A stretch of DNA of 64,000 bases from assembly GCA_902517565.1 (NCBI GenBank), contig CABYCU010000003.1, positions 53,518 through 117,517 on the forward strand, read 5' to 3'. Below are positions 29,528 to 38,295 of the stretch, one piece after another. The position numbers were made by a program, and so were the translations under genes. The notes beneath the pieces are model-generated. The model was not told the DNA's origin. It made no database searches and saw nothing but the letters and a program-made list of their open reading frames with translations. The DNA comes from an uncultured SAR86 cluster bacterium. GTDB lineage: Bacteria; Pseudomonadota; Gammaproteobacteria; Magnimaribacterales; Magnimaribacteraceae. Within the stretch, counting starts at the first letter, position 1; every line of letters begins with the position of its first letter.

Positions 29528-31492
29528 ATGAAGACACAAACTTTCGCACTCATAACTCTCTTAATATTAGTACCTGCTTGTTCTGATAAAAATGACAATA
29601 TTAAGTTTGTTGAAATTGAAGAGAAAGACATTTATGTGCAACCAAGGCCAGAACCTAATCCTGATAAAAATGCCTATTTTGGAGATTTACATGTACATAC
29701 TTCAAATTCATTTGATGCTTATACTTTTGGAACGATTGCTAATCCTGTAGACGCCTATAAATTTGCCCAGGGAGAAGCTATTCCCCACCCAACTGGTTAT
29801 AACATTCAACTCAAAAGGCCATTAGATTTTTATGCGGTAACTGATCATGCAGTATTTTTAGGAATCATTAAAGAAGCAGCAGATACAAGCTCTGAGTTCT
29901 CTAAATACGAATTCACTAAGCCGATGCATAACTTAAATGAGGAAGTAAGTAATAGTTTATTTTCTATCATTAAGCGTTCTGGCCTTTTTAGAGGTTTTGG
30001 AGGGGCGGCTCGTGAAGGTCTCGAAGATGGAAGTGTTGATAGAGAGCTTATAGAAAGTGTTGGCAAATCTGTATGGAAAAAAACTATAAAAGCAGCAGAT
30101 GATGCATACCAGCCTGGGATATTTACTACTTTCGCAGGCTACGAATATTCGTCAAGTATAGATCTATACAATAAGTACCTTCACAGAAACGTTATATTTA
30201 AAGATACAAAAAACCTCCCTGAAAGAATCTTTTCTAGAGATGACAGTCTAGATCCAGAAGAATTATGGAATTGGATGGATATACGCAGAGAGGAAGGAGT
30301 GGAAAGCTTGGCAATTCCTCATAACTCTAATATTTCTGGTGGAGCTGCTTTTTCTATGAGTGATTACAACGGCGGTCCAATTGATGAAGCCTATTTAAGT
30401 AAGAGATTACGTAACGAACCCTTAGTTGAAATAACTCAAGCTAAAGGAACTTCAGAAACTCATCCTTTTTTATCTAAAAATGATGAATGGGCAGCCTTTG
30501 AAGCTATAACTAATCATCCAGGTGAAAAGATTTTAACGAATTTAAGTGGAAGCTATGTAAGAGATGCTTATTTGCAAGGATTGACTCTCCAAGATCAGGG
30601 CAAACCCAATCCTTTTAATTTTGGCGTAATAGGTTCTAGTGACACACACGTAGCCGGTGGATCTTATACCGAAGAAACTCACTTCTCTAAGGTTGGTATT
30701 TTAGATGGTGAGCCATATCTTAGAGGTTCAGTTCCCTTTGATGGAATATACAGTTTAATAGCAAGGTTATGGCAGCCTGATAGCATACTTGAATTAGATG
30801 AGAAAAATTATCTTAGTTTCAGTCCGCGCTTAATTCGGTTTGGATCTTCAGGACTTGCAGGAGTATGGGCAGAGGAAAATACTCGAGAGTCTATTTATGA
30901 TGCCTTTCGACGTAAAGAAACTTTTGGTACCAGTGGACCTAGAATTAAGGTTCGCTTTTTCGCAGGTTATAACTTTGAAAATTCTAATTTGTATGACTCT
31001 AATCTCATTCAAGCAGCTTATTCACAAAACATCCCAATGGGTGGAGATATAATTCAAAAAAAGGATAAAATTCCTAAGTTTCTTGTATGGGCTATTTCAG
31101 ACCCACTTGGAGCTCCCTTACAAAGAGCTCAGATAATTAAGGGATGGCTTGAAGAGGGTGAGCAAATGGAAAAAGTATTCGACGTAGCTTGTTCCGATGG
31201 CCAGAGCGTAAATCTTCAAACATACAGATGTCCCAATAATGGGGCTGAGGTTGACAGAAACGACTGCTCAATAAGTCGCAAAACAGGCGATACAGAATTA
31301 AAGACTTTTTGGCAAGATCCAGAGTTAATTGATGGCCAAGAGGCTTTTTACTATGCAAGGGTTCTTGAGAACCCCACTTGTAGATGGTCAACCTGGGATG
31401 CTCTAAGAGCAGGAGAAAAGCCAAGATCAGATATACCAGTCACAATACAGGAGAGAGCTTGGTCTTCTCCAATTTGGTTATCAGTCAATTAA
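29528..31492 (+). CDS. DUF3604 lipoprotein (PHP-like metal hydrolase fold)
   Basis: Lipobox VPAC; GDLHVHT, AVTDHA, HRNV, IPHNSN, QERAWSSPIW. Confidence 0.85.
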   Translation: MKTQTFALITLLILVPACSDKNDNIKFVEIEEKDIYVQPRPEPNPDKNAYFGDLHVHTSNSFDAYTFGTIANPVDAYKFAQGEAIPHPTGYNIQLKRPLDFYAVTDHAVFLGIIKEAADTSSEFSKYEFTKPMHNLNEEVSNSLFSIIKRSGLFRGFGGAAREGLEDGSVDRELIESVGKSVWKKTIKAADDAYQPGIFTTFAGYEYSSSIDLYNKYLHRNVIFKDTKNLPERIFSRDDSLDPEELWNWMDIRREEGVESLAIPHNSNISGGAAFSMSDYNGGPIDEAYLSKRLRNEPLVEITQAKGTSETHPFLSKNDEWAAFEAITNHPGEKILTNLSGSYVRDAYLQGLTLQDQGKPNPFNFGVIGSSDTHVAGGSYTEETHFSKVGILDGEPYLRGSVPFDGIYSLIARLWQPDSILELDEKNYLSFSPRLIRFGSSGLAGVWAEENTRESIYDAFRRKETFGTSGPRIKVRFFAGYNFENSNLYDSNLIQAAYSQNIPMGGDIIQKKDKIPKFLVWAISDPLGAPLQRAQIIKGWLEEGEQMEKVFDVACSDGQSVNLQTYRCPNNGAEVDRNDCSISRKTGDTELKTFWQDPELIDGQEAFYYARVLENPTCRWSTWDALRAGEKPRSDIPVTIQERAWSSPIWLSVN

Positions 31493-31534
31493 TTTCCAGC
31501 ATTTCTAGTTTGGTATAAATGTTAAACTAACGTT

Positions 31535-31996
31535 ATGAGAAATATTATATTGGTAATAATTAGTTCGCTGGCGATTATTTCTTGCTCTGAAAACGACAAT
31601 AGTTTGAATAACTTGATAGAAAGTGAGAACTTCCTAAAGGATAATTTGGGTAATTCTGATGTTGTTGAAATAGAGGCAGGCCTTCAATACAAAAGAATAT
31701 TGTCAAGCGACAGCGGTATAAAGCCAACTTTAAACGATGTTATCAATGCAGATTTTCATGGGACTTTATTAGATGGATCTGTATTCTGGAGTTCAGTTGA
31801 AAATGGAGAACCCTTAATTGTTTCTCTTTCTCAATTAATTCCAGGATGTCAGAAAGCTATTTCACTAATGGACGAAGGAGATAGTTGGAAAATATATATA
31901 CATCCTGACTTGGCTTACGGAGAAGCGGGTAGGCCAGGTATTCCACCTAACTCATTATTGGTTTTCGAAGTTAACCTGCACTCAATAGAATCTTAA
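31535..31996 (+). CDS. FKBP-type peptidyl-prolyl isomerase family lipoprotein (divergent active site)
   Basis: Lipobox IISC; GLQY, GTLLDG, LIPG, PDLAYG, IPPNSLLVFEV. Confidence 0.88.
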   Translation: MRNIILVIISSLAIISCSENDNSLNNLIESENFLKDNLGNSDVVEIEAGLQYKRILSSDSGIKPTLNDVINADFHGTLLDGSVFWSSVENGEPLIVSLSQLIPGCQKAISLMDEGDSWKIYIHPDLAYGEAGRPGIPPNSLLVFEVNLHSIES

Positions 31997-32173
31997 GAAG
32001 AGACCTTAAATGAGTTAATTTCGAGTCGAGCGTCTACAATATGTAAGGAAATACGTGCCCGATTTTTCCAAGATTATCAGCAAAGCGACTCAGTAATATA
32101 TTTATGGGCACTTATTTTTTTTTCAAGATAAAGGCAAGATCTTTTAATATAAAATTATAAAAAAGGATGACAT

Positions 32174-32851
32174 ATGAAATACGAAGAAGTAATAAACGAT
32201 AGAAGAAGTGCTAGGGGTTATTTAGACAAGCCGGTTTCTAAAGAAGTATTAGAAGAAGTAATTAAGCTTGCTACAAGAGCTCCTTCTTCCATGAATACTC
32301 AGCCTTGGCATTTTCATGTCATTACTGGAACTGCTCTAGATAATATAAGAAAAGAGAATACAAAAAGAAATATTGAAGGTGTTCCGCCTTCAAGAGAAAT
32401 TAGACCTCCTTTAGGATACGAAGGTGTCCATAGAGAAAGACAGATAGAAATCGCTATCCAGCTTTTTAAAGAAATGGGTATCGAGAGAGATGACAAAGAA
32501 GCCAGACAAGACTGGGTTTTAAGAGGATTTAGGCAATTTGATGCACCTGTGGCTGTAATCGTAACCTTTGACAAAGAACTCAAAGATGAAGATATTTCTA
32601 AGTTTGATTGTGGAGCCGCAGTAAACGGTTTAGTTAATGCAGGCTGGTCCAAGGGTTTGGGCTCAGTTATAAATAGTCAGGGAATTATGCAGTCTCCTGT
32701 AGTGAGAGAATATGCAAAGATTCCTGAGAATGAAGTGATTATGATCTGTGTCGCTATGGGTTATCCAGATGAGAGTTTTCCTGCTAATAAGGTAGTCTCT
32801 AAGAGGAGGCCTGTTTCAGAAGTGGCAACTTTTATAGGCTTTGAAGAATAG
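32174..32851 (+). CDS. Nitroreductase family protein
   Basis: RRSARGY, APSSMNTQPW, FDAP, MGYPD. Confidence 0.9.
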   Translation: MKYEEVINDRRSARGYLDKPVSKEVLEEVIKLATRAPSSMNTQPWHFHVITGTALDNIRKENTKRNIEGVPPSREIRPPLGYEGVHRERQIEIAIQLFKEMGIERDDKEARQDWVLRGFRQFDAPVAVIVTFDKELKDEDISKFDCGAAVNGLVNAGWSKGLGSVINSQGIMQSPVVREYAKIPENEVIMICVAMGYPDESFPANKVVSKRRPVSEVATFIGFEE

Positions 32852-33171
32852 TGAAGCCTAGATTATCTATTTTTCTTCTTTTTTTCCCTGGTCTCATTAT
32901 TAGCGAGATTTTTGTGGATGTTAGAACGCAAGAGGAATTTAAAGAAGAATCGATTCTTAATACTTACAATATTGAGTGGCAAAACATACTGGATATTAAG
33001 CAGATAGCTTCTCAGGACGATGAAATTTATGTTTTTTGTAGAAGCGGTAACCGGTCAGAAAAGGCTAAGAAGATTCTTGAAGAGGCGGGTTATAAGCAGG
33101 TATACAATATTGGTGGAATTGTTGATGCTAGTGTTTTCATTCAAGATATAAGATACAACTCTGAAAATTGA
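32851..33171 (+). CDS. Rhodanese-domain protein (PspE-like)
   Basis: DVRTQEEF, CRSGNRS, IGG; GTG start overlapping the upstream stop. Confidence 0.85.
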   Translation: MKPRLSIFLLFFPGLIISEIFVDVRTQEEFKEESILNTYNIEWQNILDIKQIASQDDEIYVFCRSGNRSEKAKKILEEAGYKQVYNIGGIVDASVFIQDIRYNSEN

Positions 33172-33202
33172 TGCTACTCAATTAAAAGGATAGAATAAAA
33201 AA

Positions 33203-33397
33203 ATGGAAGAATGGATAAGTGATCATTTTGATAATTGGGCGTTAGTCTGGTTTTGTTTGTTATTTTGGGGAAGTATTTTTGGTGCCGTTCTGCTCTATCT
33301 ATTCGAAGCAAGTTTGTTTGTATCATTTAGCGGTTACGCTCTTGGATTCTTTTTAGGCTTGCTAGCAAAAAATAAAGGATGGTCATGGATCAGCTAG
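33203..33397 (+). CDS. Small hypothetical membrane protein
   Basis: 64 aa, two TM segments, AAGGA upstream. Confidence 0.55.
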   Translation: MEEWISDHFDNWALVWFCLLFWGSIFGAVLLYLFEASLFVSFSGYALGFFLGLLAKNKGWSWIS

Positions 33398-34308
33398 GCC
33401 ACAACTCAATGGATTTATCTATCGAAGCTGAAAGAAAAGTTGCTAGAACTTTTATGGGCAGAATTGAGTGGGAAATGATTGCAATTGGGCTTGGTCAATT
33501 TGCTGCATGGATAGCCACGTGGATACTTGTCATCCAAGGAATTATTCCCTTAATTTTTGGTTTCCTGATAGCTATCTTTACTGCCTGCAATGCTTACCTT
33601 CCTTCTCATGCAGGGCAACACGGACATTTGTCTGGAGGAAGAAAAAATCTTCAATGGCTTGATTATTGGGTTGGACAGATCAGTGTTATACCTTTAGCTC
33701 AGTCACATGAATTATTGAAAGCCACCCACTTAAAACATCACGCACATACTAATGATCCGGAGAATGACCCTGATTTTTTTCATGGTAATGCAAGTAGTTG
33801 GTTGGAGGCCGCAAAAAATGTAAATACTTCCTACGATGATGATGGTCCAGCTAGGAAGGCAATAGAAAAACATGCCGTAGAAGATCCTAAATTTAGAGCA
33901 TCTCTTGAAAAGGGCGGAGCATGGGTTATGTTATTTTTTTTCGCACAAATCATTCTGGCTGTTATGTATCCAATTGAAACTTTACTTCTTTGGTGGATTC
34001 CTAAAAGAATAGCTACTTCATATTTAGGTATAGTCTTCTCATATCTACCTCATTCAGGTCTTGAAAAGGGTCGTTATAAAGACACTAGATTTTGGACCAA
34101 TAAGATCCCGAGGTTTTTAAATCATTCTATGCAGATTCACTCCATGCATCACATGTACCCCAGAATTTGCCATTACGACGAAGCTAAAGCTATACAGGCT
34201 TTAAAGCCCTATATGATAGAAAGAAATATGCCAGGAGCTGAATACATCCCTGATCAATTAAGATGGAACCCTGTAACCTATATTAAAGAGGCTTACTATG
34301 GACGCTAA
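33385..34308 (+). CDS. Membrane fatty-acid desaturase / CrtR-like hydroxylase family protein
   Basis: Three His boxes HAGQH, HLKHH, HSMHH; ATG 33385 has an AAGGA RBS. Confidence 0.8.
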   Translation: MDQLGHNSMDLSIEAERKVARTFMGRIEWEMIAIGLGQFAAWIATWILVIQGIIPLIFGFLIAIFTACNAYLPSHAGQHGHLSGGRKNLQWLDYWVGQISVIPLAQSHELLKATHLKHHAHTNDPENDPDFFHGNASSWLEAAKNVNTSYDDDGPARKAIEKHAVEDPKFRASLEKGGAWVMLFFFAQIILAVMYPIETLLLWWIPKRIATSYLGIVFSYLPHSGLEKGRYKDTRFWTNKIPRFLNHSMQIHSMHHMYPRICHYDEAKAIQALKPYMIERNMPGAEYIPDQLRWNPVTYIKEAYYGR

Positions 34309-34663
34309 TAAGAAGATAAAAGAAGGTGTCCAGCTATATTTTGATTCCATGTATGAATCTGATCCTGAGAAGGTAAGAGAAGCTTTTTATCCTAATGCAA
34401 TGATAACTGGTTATCTTGAAACTGGTCTTGCTGAAATGACGGTTGATCAATTTGCTGATTTTGTAGAAAGTCAGAATCCCTCTCCTAAAGATAAGGGTGA
34501 TGAGGTGTTATTAGAAATTATTTCTTGTGATGTAGCTGGTTCTACAGCGTCTGTTACTGTAAGAGACGCTTACATAGGCCATGTCTTTTTAGACACCCTT
34601 TCATTTCTTGAAAGAAATGGAGAATGGAAGATTTACAATAAATTATTCCATGTTGAATCTTAA
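34298..34663 (+). CDS. NTF2-like (lumazine-binding-2 type) protein
   Basis: YFDSMY...AFYPNA...DTLSFL...WKIYNK. Confidence 0.75.
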   Translation: MDANKKIKEGVQLYFDSMYESDPEKVREAFYPNAMITGYLETGLAEMTVDQFADFVESQNPSPKDKGDEVLLEIISCDVAGSTASVTVRDAYIGHVFLDTLSFLERNGEWKIYNKLFHVES

Positions 34664-34666
34664 TAA

Positions 34667-35539
34667 ATGAGCATGGAAGTTAAGAAAATTGCAACCGCAT
34701 TGGGAGCGGAGATTACAAACATTGATCTTGCAAAAGTATCTAATGATCAAGTGGAGGAAATTAAATCTCATTTAACTGAAAATAAGGTAATATTTTTTCC
34801 TGGTCAAAAACTTACTCAAGATGAGCATGTCGAATACGGTTCAAAATTTGGTGAGTTAGAGGGCCATCCAAATCTAAAGAATAAAAGACTTACACACCCT
34901 AAAATTTTTGAGCTTGCTGCGAGTTCTGGTGGTATAGCTGACGAGTGGCATACAGATATAACCTTTCAAGACTCTCCTGCAATTATGTCTGTACTGCATA
35001 TGGTCAAATGTCCTCAATTAGGAGGCGATACCATGTGGAGTAATTTAAATGCCGCCTATGAGGCTTTATCTGATCCTATAAAGGATTTGTGTGAAGGAAT
35101 AACTGCACTCCATGATGCCAGACCACATGGAAAGCCAGAAAAAACAGCAATTCATCCTGTTGTCAGATTGCATCCTATTTCTGGCAAGAAAATTTTATAC
35201 GTAAATGAACATTTCACTAGAAGAATAGTCGAGATGAATGTCGAAGAGAGCGATATGCTTCTCTCTTATCTAACTAAATGGGTCACAAGACCCCAGTTTA
35301 CTGTTCGCTATCATTGGACTGAAGGAACCATAGCAATGTGGGACAATAGAAGTACTCAACATTATGTAGTAAATGATTTCGTTGGCGAAAGAATTATCCA
35401 AAGAGTAACAATTATGGGAGATGAGGTCATGGGATCGTCTAACCCAAGATGGAAACCAGCTTTGAGAGAAGGTTTTTCTGCAGTTACAACCCACGACAAG
35501 CAATTAATCACCCATCTCAAAGAAAAGGGCTCTATTTAA
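34667..35539 (+). CDS. TauD/TfdA-family 2-oxoglutarate dioxygenase
   Basis: LGAEI, WHTDIT (HxD), HPVVRLHP, WDNRSTQH. Confidence 0.9.
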   Translation: MSMEVKKIATALGAEITNIDLAKVSNDQVEEIKSHLTENKVIFFPGQKLTQDEHVEYGSKFGELEGHPNLKNKRLTHPKIFELAASSGGIADEWHTDITFQDSPAIMSVLHMVKCPQLGGDTMWSNLNAAYEALSDPIKDLCEGITALHDARPHGKPEKTAIHPVVRLHPISGKKILYVNEHFTRRIVEMNVEESDMLLSYLTKWVTRPQFTVRYHWTEGTIAMWDNRSTQHYVVNDFVGERIIQRVTIMGDEVMGSSNPRWKPALREGFSAVTTHDKQLITHLKEKGSI

Positions 35540-35548
35540 ATATCTGAA

Positions 35549-36595
35549 CTAGTTCTTTACGAAATTGGCTATGCTCATGGCCGTTTCATCACTGACTGAC
35601 ATTAATCCACAAAACACATCGCTACCGTGTAAGGTGCCCATTACCTGCCTGCATTGTGCGTCTACGTCGGCCTCTACAAGCATTCTGTAAAAGTTAACCC
35701 CTTCATCTCTTAGAGGATCACACTCATTAACTAATATATAAGTTTTAGGGAATCCTTTGACATCATCTTCAGTAGCAAAACTGGGCCACGCGAGAGGATT
35801 CTTGTTTTTATACTCATCAATTCCATAAACAAGGGCTCCAAATGAATCTTCAGATTTACTATGTAAAGAAAGTAAAATACCCTCATTCTCTTCAGAAGAC
35901 GGATTTTCAGGTAAAGGCCAATATCCCGCAATGTATGGGCATAAAGCATAAAGGCCTTTAATTAGGTCAAGATTACCTTCCTGTTTGAGTTTTAAACCTG
36001 TTGCTAAGGTTAGATTGCCACCTCCACTTTCTCCAGCAACAATTACATTTTCTTTATCAATATTAAGTTTCTCAGAGTTTTCTTTAACCCATTTTAAGCC
36101 TGACACACAATCATTTAAGCCTGCAGGAAAGGGTTCGACTTCAGGAGCAGTAGAGGGCCACATTGCATTGCGAAAATCTACCATTGCTACAGCTACACCT
36201 TGTCTTGCAATACATCTACCCCAACAAGCATACATTTCGTTAAAACAAGACATGACCATCATTCCACCACCGTGTATGTAATAAACGCATGGAACAGTCT
36301 CATCATTATCTGGCCTAATATATTGAATCTTGACGGTGTTATCATCAGGATGAGAAATAAACTCTTCGGTAGTAGTGATTAATCCTTCTTCAGGAACCGT
36401 ATCTTTGAAGTGGGTTGAATCCATTACCATTTCGAGTAAAGATTGAGCTATTTTTCCTTGTTCTCCCTGCTGAGTTTCCATAATTTGCTCACGAGTACTT
36501 AACTCAGTTTGCATAATATCCACGGCATCCATTTCTGCCATGAGCATACCTTTTAGTCTTTTATCTATTCTCTTGTCGTCTGAAATTTTACTCAT
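35549..36595 (-). CDS. HSL-family (GDXG) esterase/lipase
   Basis: HGGG, GESGG, DPLRDEG, catalytic His in TLHG. Confidence 0.88.
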   Translation of the reverse strand: MSKISDDKRIDKRLKGMLMAEMDAVDIMQTELSTREQIMETQQGEQGKIAQSLLEMVMDSTHFKDTVPEEGLITTTEEFISHPDDNTVKIQYIRPDNDETVPCVYYIHGGGMMVMSCFNEMYACWGRCIARQGVAVAMVDFRNAMWPSTAPEVEPFPAGLNDCVSGLKWVKENSEKLNIDKENVIVAGESGGGNLTLATGLKLKQEGNLDLIKGLYALCPYIAGYWPLPENPSSEENEGILLSLHSKSEDSFGALVYGIDEYKNKNPLAWPSFATEDDVKGFPKTYILVNECDPLRDEGVNFYRMLVEADVDAQCRQVMGTLHGSDVFCGLMSVSDETAMSIANFVKN

Positions 36596-36604
36596 ATCTA
36601 ACCT

Positions 36605-37426
36605 CTATTTGCCCTTAAAAATTGGTTCTTTTTTTTCTACAAATGCTTTCGTAGCATTTCTATGATCTTCAGTCTGACCACAATGTATGTGATGAGTTGC
36701 TTCTAAATCTAAACAATCGTCTACTTCTCCATTCATAGCTCGATTTAGATTTTCTTTCATATATCGATAAGCGACAGAAGGACCATTAGCTAGTTTATCT
36801 GCCACTTCCATAGTTTTCTCCATCAAGTTTTCAGGTTCACAAATCCAATTAGTTAAACCGATACTCAATGCTTCTTCAGCAGACACACGATCAGATAGGA
36901 AATATAGTTCTCTAGCTTTAGCTGATCCTACTAGTTGAGTCATAAAATAGGATCCTCCGTAGTCCCCTGAGAATCCAACCTTTGCAAAAGCAGTAGTCAT
37001 GATCGCGTTACTTGACATAATTCTGAGATCACAAGCCAAGGCGTAAGAAAGACCTGCTCCAGCAGCGGCTCCTGGAAGGGCAGCAATAGTTGGTTTTGGC
37101 ATCTTAAAAAGTTTCCCCGCAGTAGCCCTTTGATGAACTCTCTGTCTGTGAATGGCGGCATCAATAGTATTCTCTCCTACAGTCCCGTCCCCTGAGGAAG
37201 CCATTCCTTTTACATCCCCTCCTGCACAGAAACCTTTTCCGGCTCCAGTCAGAACAACACATCTTATCTGTGGATCTAGTTCTACTTCAGCGAGTACATT
37301 TCTCATTGCTTCATTCATTTCTCCAGACATAGCATTTCTTGCTTCTGGGCGATTCATTGTTAATACAGCTACGCCATTTTCTTTTTCAAAAATTAGTTGT
37401 TCTGTTCCTGTTTCTATTTTTTCCAT
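36605..37426 (-). CDS. Enoyl-CoA hydratase/isomerase family protein
   Basis: NRPEARNA, FCAGGD, AAGAG, CDLR. Confidence 0.9.
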   Translation of the reverse strand: MEKIETGTEQLIFEKENGVAVLTMNRPEARNAMSGEMNEAMRNVLAEVELDPQIRCVVLTGAGKGFCAGGDVKGMASSGDGTVGENTIDAAIHRQRVHQRATAGKLFKMPKPTIAALPGAAAGAGLSYALACDLRIMSSNAIMTTAFAKVGFSGDYGGSYFMTQLVGSAKARELYFLSDRVSAEEALSIGLTNWICEPENLMEKTMEVADKLANGPSVAYRYMKENLNRAMNGEVDDCLDLEATHHIHCGQTEDHRNATKAFVEKKEPIFKGK

Positions 37427-37469
37427 AGTCTTTCTCCCTCATCACTATCTTTGCTATTCTATGCTCAAC

Positions 37470-38285
37470 ATGCAAGTAAAAATTAATCAATTAGGCGTAC
37501 TTTTTTGCGCTTTATTCTTTCTTTATGTTGAGCCTTTAGTCGGACAAAGCAAACCATTATTAACAAGCCCTCAAGTCGAAAATCCCAAATCAATCCTCTT
37601 TATTGGTAATAGTTTCTTTTATTACAATAATGGAGTTCATAAACCTGTGTTAGGAATGGTAAAAGCTAACGAATCTCTTGGAAAAGGGCATCGATTCCGA
37701 AATATAACCATCAACAGTTCTTCTCTAGAGTGGCATGATGTTGAATCTTATGTCACTAATGAAAGAATAGGTTCTTTTTCCATCACCTCCAGCAATAAAT
37801 ACAAAAGGTATGATCCTGAGAAATATGAACTTGCGGTAATGATGGACTGCAGTCAATGTCCAATCCACGAAGACAGGAAAGATCTATTCAATTTTTATGT
37901 GGATAAGCATAGTAAGACCTTACGTGATAATAGAGTTGAACCTTCTTTGCTAATGACTTGGGCCTATAAAGATGTACCAGAGATGATCGATGGGCTTTTT
38001 TCGGCTTACGTGTCTGCAGGCAATAGGAATCAAGCCATGGTTTTTCCAGCTGGTCTAGCTTTCAAGCTTGCTGAAGATGAGATTCCAGATATTGATCTTT
38101 ACACACCAGATAAAAGACATCCCAGTAAAGCCGGAACGTACCTAATGGCGGCAGTGATCTATTCATCGATATATAATGCTTCACCTATTGGTAATACATA
38201 TGATTATGGTTTAGGCCAATATACACAGAAGAGGCTTCAAGAAATTGCCTGGAAAGCTCTTCAAAATTATGTGGGGAGAAAATAG
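37470..38285 (+). CDS. Secreted SGNH/GDSL-type hydrolase (DUF4886-like)
   Basis: LFIGNSF block I and DKRHP block V; real start about 37461-37470, the 37152 extension overlaps the divergent gene. Confidence 0.7.
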   Translation: MQVKINQLGVLFCALFFLYVEPLVGQSKPLLTSPQVENPKSILFIGNSFFYYNNGVHKPVLGMVKANESLGKGHRFRNITINSSSLEWHDVESYVTNERIGSFSITSSNKYKRYDPEKYELAVMMDCSQCPIHEDRKDLFNFYVDKHSKTLRDNRVEPSLLMTWAYKDVPEMIDGLFSAYVSAGNRNQAMVFPAGLAFKLAEDEIPDIDLYTPDKRHPSKAGTYLMAAVIYSSIYNASPIGNTYDYGLGQYTQKRLQEIAWKALQNYVGRK

Positions 38286-38295
38286 AGAGTAAGTT

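Noticed and set aside
31997-32131. 44-codon in-frame continuation after the FKBP stop (readthrough)
   Set aside because: FKBP ends at its normal C-terminus with TAA; an open frame of this length can occur by chance.
37152-37460. N-terminal extension of the 377-aa ORF (similarly 56593-56880 and 42160-42264)
   Set aside because: These extensions run antisense over, or up into, the divergent neighbouring genes; true starts lie downstream.
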